A stretch of DNA of 64,000 nt from Candidatus Bathyarchaeota archaeon. Its GTDB lineage: Archaea > Thermoproteota > Bathyarchaeia > Bathyarchaeales > Bathycorpusculaceae. The notes beneath the pieces are model-generated. The model saw only the letters and a program-made list of their open reading frames with translations. It did not search any database and was not told the DNA's origin. Both the position numbers and the translations under genes were made by a program. The DNA is taken from NCBI GenBank assembly GCA_963782525.1, contig CAWAKC010000010.1, forward strand, positions 128,001-192,000. The letters are read 5' to 3'. Of this stretch, positions 59,959 to 64,000 are shown piece after piece. Position 1 is the stretch's first letter, and each line of letters begins with the position of its first letter.

Positions 59959-60414
59959 CTATGCTAATTTTGCTCCGCAATTAATGCATTTGGAAGCGTC
60001 GGGTTGATTTTTGGTTCCGCAGTATGAGCAGATTATCATAGCTGGAGTTGTTTCTTTAATTAACGCTTGGGTTTGAGCTTTGTAGATGTTGTCTCTTATT
60101 GTTCTGTAGGCTTTTTCTGCGTCATCTTTAGGTACATCGATTAGTATTAGCTGTGGTGCTGCGGATTTGAAGGTGCATCTGATTGTTGAACGCAGTATTC
60201 CCTTGTCTATGATTACATTTTCAAAATCTAAGTAGTTGTAGTCAGTGAAGTCTTTTTTTAATCCGAGTGCGTGAGGATGGCGCAAGATTACTCTCTGGTT
60301 GGTTATAACGACCGAGTCAATGTCAATCGCGAGATGGTAAAACTTTTGTTTAATGTAGAGTTCAATGGTCTCGTTAGGATCAAGTATATCTTTCATATCA
60401 TCAGGAGTCGCCAT
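59959..60414 (-). CDS. Bacterial PH-domain + C-terminal zinc-ribbon protein
   Basis: DSVVITNQRVI, KGILRSTI; CSYCGTKNQPDASKCINCGAKL. Confidence 0.85.
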   Translation of the reverse strand: MATPDDMKDILDPNETIELYIKQKFYHLAIDIDSVVITNQRVILRHPHALGLKKDFTDYNYLDFENVIIDKGILRSTIRCTFKSAAPQLILIDVPKDDAEKAYRTIRDNIYKAQTQALIKETTPAMIICSYCGTKNQPDASKCINCGAKLA

Positions 60415-60633
60415 AAATCATCAACCAATTTTAAAAAATCTTGACAATTATTTATTTCATGAATAAATACGGGAATATAAACGATTTTATTAACTGGCTT
60501 AGATTAAGTTTTCAAAAAACAAAATAAAGTACCTTCCTGATTTTCTTGGCAGCTATCAAGGAACCACCAACAGAATTTAGGAAAGACTTTAATAATTTAC
60601 CAGTTTAAGACATTCAAGGTCGTTTCTTTTTCG

Positions 60634-62058
60634 ATGCGCAAATTGAATACAAAACAACCCAATGAACCAAATCCACTTGCATCTAAAAACCAGACAACTG
60701 AGCAATTAAACCACCAAGAACTAGCCCAATCAATACTTTCACCGTTTATCCACCTATTCAACATTAATGAAACGACGAAGTGCCTTTTCAACTCTTTAAC
60801 TCTAAAAAAAGTATACTTAACCAATGATATGTACGCTAAGCTTTTAACAGATCTAAGTTTGGGAAACCGCAGTAAAGACGTTGAAAGTTTAATCGATCTG
60901 AAATTTATAGTGCCTCGAGGTTTTGATGAGATAAAAGTGTTTGACAGCATTGCAAACAGCGTGCTCAGAAAAAAACCTTCAACCAACCTTGCATACATTT
61001 TGGTAACGGACTTTTGCAACTTCAGATGCGGTTACTGCTTCATTGAAAACTCTCTAAAAGGGCCAAGCATTTCAATGTCTAAGGATTTGGCAGATAAAGT
61101 CATAAACGTTCTGATCAACGAAGCAAAACAAGTCCCAGAATACAGAGTCACATTTTATGGAGGAGAACCATTCAGCAACAGCGAAATCGTCTTCCACATC
61201 ATCGAAAAACTTGAGCAGGCAGCTAAAGACAAATTCAAATTTTCCTGCGTCACCAACGGAAGTCTAGTAACCGAAGATTTAGCTAAAAAACTCAAACAAC
61301 ACAACGTTACAGTAGGATTATCGCTTGACGGATGGGCCAACATCGACAAAAACCGTGTGTTTACCAATGGAAAAGAAACCTTTTACTCAGCACTTAAAGC
61401 GTTAACGCTCTTAAAAGAAGCCGAAGTAAATGTGGGAATATCATGCACAATCACAAAACAGAACTACCAATACGCAGAAGAAGTAGTTGAATTTATCCAA
61501 AAATTAGGAATCAGAACCATAGGGTTCAATTTGTTAACTAGACTCAAAGAGCCAAGCGAATATGAAGTTCCAGACCCAAAACAACTCGCCCACCACCTCT
61601 TTAACGCATACTTAAAAGCAAACGACTTGCACATGTTTGAAGATCGCATAGGGAATCGGCGAGCAAATTATTTTTTCAAAGAAATATTTCATTTGTACGA
61701 TTGCCCCGCGTTTGGTCAACTAATATTTTTTTCACCAGCTGGAACAGTTGGACCTTGCCACGCGTTCTATCCGTCAGGAAAATATCAAATTCCAATTAAA
61801 GATAATTTGAAAGTCCCAGAAGAACCATTGTTTTACAAATGGTTGGAACTTGGCACCCTAAAGAATAAAGACTGCATGAGGTGTCCTGCCATCGGAATTT
61901 GCGGAGGAGGATGCGCATACGATATATACGTTAAAACAGGTCAACTTGGCATCAAAGAAGACTATTTTTGCACCTTTCAAAATGAAATACTCAAGCTCCT
62001 TCTATCCTACAATTTCCTGATGACCCCTCAAAATAAGCGCAGAAAAACGAAAAGTTGA
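60634..62058 (+). CDS. Radical SAM/SPASM peptide maturase with probable N-terminal RRE
   Basis: CNFRCGYC; FYGGEP; VTNG; SLDG; SPASM Cys set DCPA...GPCH...CMRC...ICGGGC...YFC; ~110-aa N-terminal extension ending LIDLKFIV. Confidence 0.92.
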   Translation: MRKLNTKQPNEPNPLASKNQTTEQLNHQELAQSILSPFIHLFNINETTKCLFNSLTLKKVYLTNDMYAKLLTDLSLGNRSKDVESLIDLKFIVPRGFDEIKVFDSIANSVLRKKPSTNLAYILVTDFCNFRCGYCFIENSLKGPSISMSKDLADKVINVLINEAKQVPEYRVTFYGGEPFSNSEIVFHIIEKLEQAAKDKFKFSCVTNGSLVTEDLAKKLKQHNVTVGLSLDGWANIDKNRVFTNGKETFYSALKALTLLKEAEVNVGISCTITKQNYQYAEEVVEFIQKLGIRTIGFNLLTRLKEPSEYEVPDPKQLAHHLFNAYLKANDLHMFEDRIGNRRANYFFKEIFHLYDCPAFGQLIFFSPAGTVGPCHAFYPSGKYQIPIKDNLKVPEEPLFYKWLELGTLKNKDCMRCPAIGICGGGCAYDIYVKTGQLGIKEDYFCTFQNEILKLLLSYNFLMTPQNKRRKTKS

Positions 62059-62194
62059 AAACTTTCATCTCCAAACAGCAAGAAACCCGCGACCAAGCTA
62101 AATCAAAAAAGCCCGGCAAACAATTGCCAATCTACCAATGTAATAAATGAAAAAGACATGCACACTTTTGACCTTAACTTTGCGCCAGATTAAT

Positions 62195-62217
62195 TTTTAC
62201 AATAAATATAAATATTG
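62195..62217 (+). promoter_or_regulatory. Candidate TATA-box promoter of the precursor gene
   Basis: TTTTACAATAAATATAAATATTG about 30 nt upstream of TTG 62242. Confidence 0.4.
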
Positions 62218-62241
62218 TTACTCACTACAACAATGTAGTGA

Positions 62242-62685
62242 TTGTTTTTGTCAAAAAATAAATCAAAAGCTAAAGCTCCCTCCAAAAAACCCACTTCTAC
62301 AATGCTTAATAAAAATCAAACCCGCGCGGCGCCAAAAAAAATGACCCCAGCCCAAACTAAACGGTTAAAAACAATTTTAGCAAAAATGCCACCTATCGAG
62401 AAAATAGATCCTGCAATGTATGCGAAGCTACAGTCAACGATTCATGATGTAGTAGTTAAAGCGTTGCCTGAATACCAGCAATGGGTGGGCGCAAACCTGG
62501 TAGCTGATGACTGTCCGACACCCTTGTGTAGCTCATGCGGCAACGATTGCCCAACTCCGTTATGTAGTTCATGTGGAAATGACTGTCCGACGCCAATTAA
62601 AGACATTGATGATCTTGTCAATTCGGCTGTCGAAAAGGCAATGACCGCGGCAATTCGTCAAGCTTTGGAAAAACAATTCAAATAA
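62242..62685 (+). CDS. Putative multi-core Cys-rich RiPP precursor
   Basis: Basic/helical leader, (DCPTPLCSSCGN)x2 + DCPTP, helical follower; lies between two radical SAM genes. Alternative ATG starts at 62302 and 62341. Confidence 0.8.
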   Translation: MFLSKNKSKAKAPSKKPTSTMLNKNQTRAAPKKMTPAQTKRLKTILAKMPPIEKIDPAMYAKLQSTIHDVVVKALPEYQQWVGANLVADDCPTPLCSSCGNDCPTPLCSSCGNDCPTPIKDIDDLVNSAVEKAMTAAIRQALEKQFK

Positions 62686-62745
62686 AGATTATTTTCCAAC
62701 CAGAAACACAAACGCTCAATGAACAACAGTTAGCAAAATATTTCG

Positions 62746-62827
62746 CCTATTGCGCTATAACGCAATAGGTATTCTAAAAACCCCCTTCAGGCAAGACCAG
62801 GCAGGCTGGTCCTCTGCCTGAGTTTTT
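62746..62827 (+). terminator. Two stem-loops downstream of the precursor, the second followed by a T tract
   Basis: CCTATTGCG-CTATAA-CGCAATAGG (62746-62769); TCAGGCA.GACCAG...CTGGTC...TGCCTGA then GTTTTT (62787-62827). Confidence 0.6.
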
Positions 62828-62987
62828 AATCGTAAAAAACGCTTAATATTATTACAGAAAATTTGATAAATACACTAACTTCGGTTGCCTATCGTTCGAT
62901 CAATGTTTTGTAATAATAGAACAAGATTAAATCTATGTGTAGCATATTTGGAAGTTCTCCCACAAACAATCTTAGAAAGGTTACAAA

Positions 62988-64000
62988 ATGCGTGTAATTC
63001 TTTGTATCCCTCCAGTTTCTTCGTTAGTTCCTTATCCTGCAATTCCATACTTAACAAGTAGTCTGAAGGCAAATAATCAAAAGGTTAGTACTTTTGATCT
63101 GAACATTAAGGCTTTTAATTCAACTCTTTTTCGCATAGGCGTGGATATTAAGCCCGGAAAAATTTTACGTAACATTAATCCTGGCGTAAGCGCGAAATGG
63201 ACCAAAGTTCCTGAGGCAAATATTTACTCGACCATGCGAGAGAGCAAAGAAATTTTCGAAGAAATTATGTCAGAAGAGGCGGCTGATCAATTAGGTTGTC
63301 CCCATTCAAACTTAAAGTCCAGATATACCATAACCACAGAAGTAAAACAGCAAATAATTTCGGATGTTTGGAAAACTTGTAACAATTGGTTATCGGAGCT
63401 TGCCAGTGATACCAAAGAACAAAGTATTATAGGCTTCCATGTAATTAGTCAAACTGGATTGTTGTGGAGCATACTTCTTTCGCGAAAATTAAAGAAAATT
63501 CTTCCCAGGATTTTAACAGTCTTGGGAGGTCCGGCATTCCTCGCATGGGGCAAAGTTCTCTCTACCCATCCCGAAATTGACATAATAGTTCGAGGGGAAG
63601 GCGAGACAACAATCTCTGAAATAGCAAATTTCTATGACGGAAGCTTAGAATCAATAAAAGGAATCAACGGAATTTCATACCGAAACAGAGAAAATAAAAT
63701 TATTACCGTTGCGGACCGCCCATTAATAAAATCTCTTAATGCTTTGCCTTTTCCCAATTATGATGATTTGCCATTAAAAGAATACCCTCAGAACAAGTTC
63801 GAGATGCCTATAATTCCAGTTGTCGGCTCTAGAGGATGCATTGGAAACTGCGTTTTTTGTGTTGAAAAACGCTTATGGGGGAACACCTATCGGATGCGTA
63901 CACCTGAAAATATCTTATCCGAATTCAAAAATATTAAAGAAAAATGTGGGCCTTCTTTTATTCGCTTCAACGACAGTTTAATTAATTGTAATATAAAGTC
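62988..64000 (+). CDS. Cobalamin-binding radical SAM enzyme (class B methyltransferase-like), truncated by the window end
   Basis: Hand translation MRVILCIPP...YPAIPYLTSSLKANNQKVSTFDLN...VLGGPA...IDIIVRGEGE...GSRGCIGNCVFC...YRMRTPENILSE; the CxxxCxxC motif is in frame with ATG 62988. Absent from the ORF track because there is no stop in the window. Confidence 0.92.
   Translation, partial: MRVILCIPPVSSLVPYPAIPYLTSSLKANNQKVSTFDLNIKAFNSTLFRIGVDIKPGKILRNINPGVSAKWTKVPEANIYSTMRESKEIFEEIMSEEAADQLGCPHSNLKSRYTITTEVKQQIISDVWKTCNNWLSELASDTKEQSIIGFHVISQTGLLWSILLSRKLKKILPRILTVLGGPAFLAWGKVLSTHPEIDIIVRGEGETTISEIANFYDGSLESIKGINGISYRNRENKIITVADRPLIKSLNALPFPNYDDLPLKEYPQNKFEMPIIPVVGSRGCIGNCVFCVEKRLWGNTYRMRTPENILSEFKNIKEKCGPSFIRFNDSLINCNIK

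Noticed and set aside
62509-62595. 36-bp periodicity as a DNA-level repeat or mini-CRISPR
   Set aside because: The units are contiguous, have no spacers and differ only at synonymous sites, so the constraint is on the protein.
62875-63072. Minus-strand 65-aa ORF and plus-strand 62147-62344 ORF as extra precursor peptides
   Set aside because: They overlap the B12-rSAM and precursor genes respectively and show no repeat or leader features.
1-64000. CRISPR array
   Set aside because: No run of equally spaced identical 24-48 bp repeats was seen; repeat families A and B are dispersed and the Cas4-like gene has no cas neighbours.

Overview
Archaeal genomic window, most likely Bathyarchaeia. This is inferred from the Rpo5 gene, GGTGG/GAGG Shine-Dalgarno motifs, the PEF-CTERM surface protein, and the integrase and STAND-ATPase types. 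It mixes housekeeping or metabolic genes (rpoH, ModE with tungstate ABC tupABC, Zn-ADH, thiolase/DUF35, OYE, M50 protease, mpg-mrfA-mrfB repair genes, clpB) with a patchwork of accessory DNA. The accessory part includes an Hhe-like DUF4011 helicase-nuclease, two HEPN-motif genes, an integrase relic, GNAT and VapBC toxin-antitoxin modules, a solo Cas4-like nuclease, a STAND-TPR protein, surface proteins and several dispersed repeat families. The strongest candidate for a new system is at the right end: a putative archaeal RiPP locus. It has a radical SAM/SPASM maturase, then a 147-aa precursor with internal tandem DCPTPLCSSCGN cores (identical in protein but synonymously different at 10 of 12 codons), then a cobalamin-binding radical SAM enzyme that runs off the window and is missing from the ORF track. 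The second highlight is an Rpo5/RpoH carrying a eukaryotic RPB5-like N-terminal domain. No rRNA, convincing tRNA or CRISPR array was seen. Several genes are split by small indels, some in homopolymers, which may be sequencing error. All family assignments come from motif recognition, not database searches.
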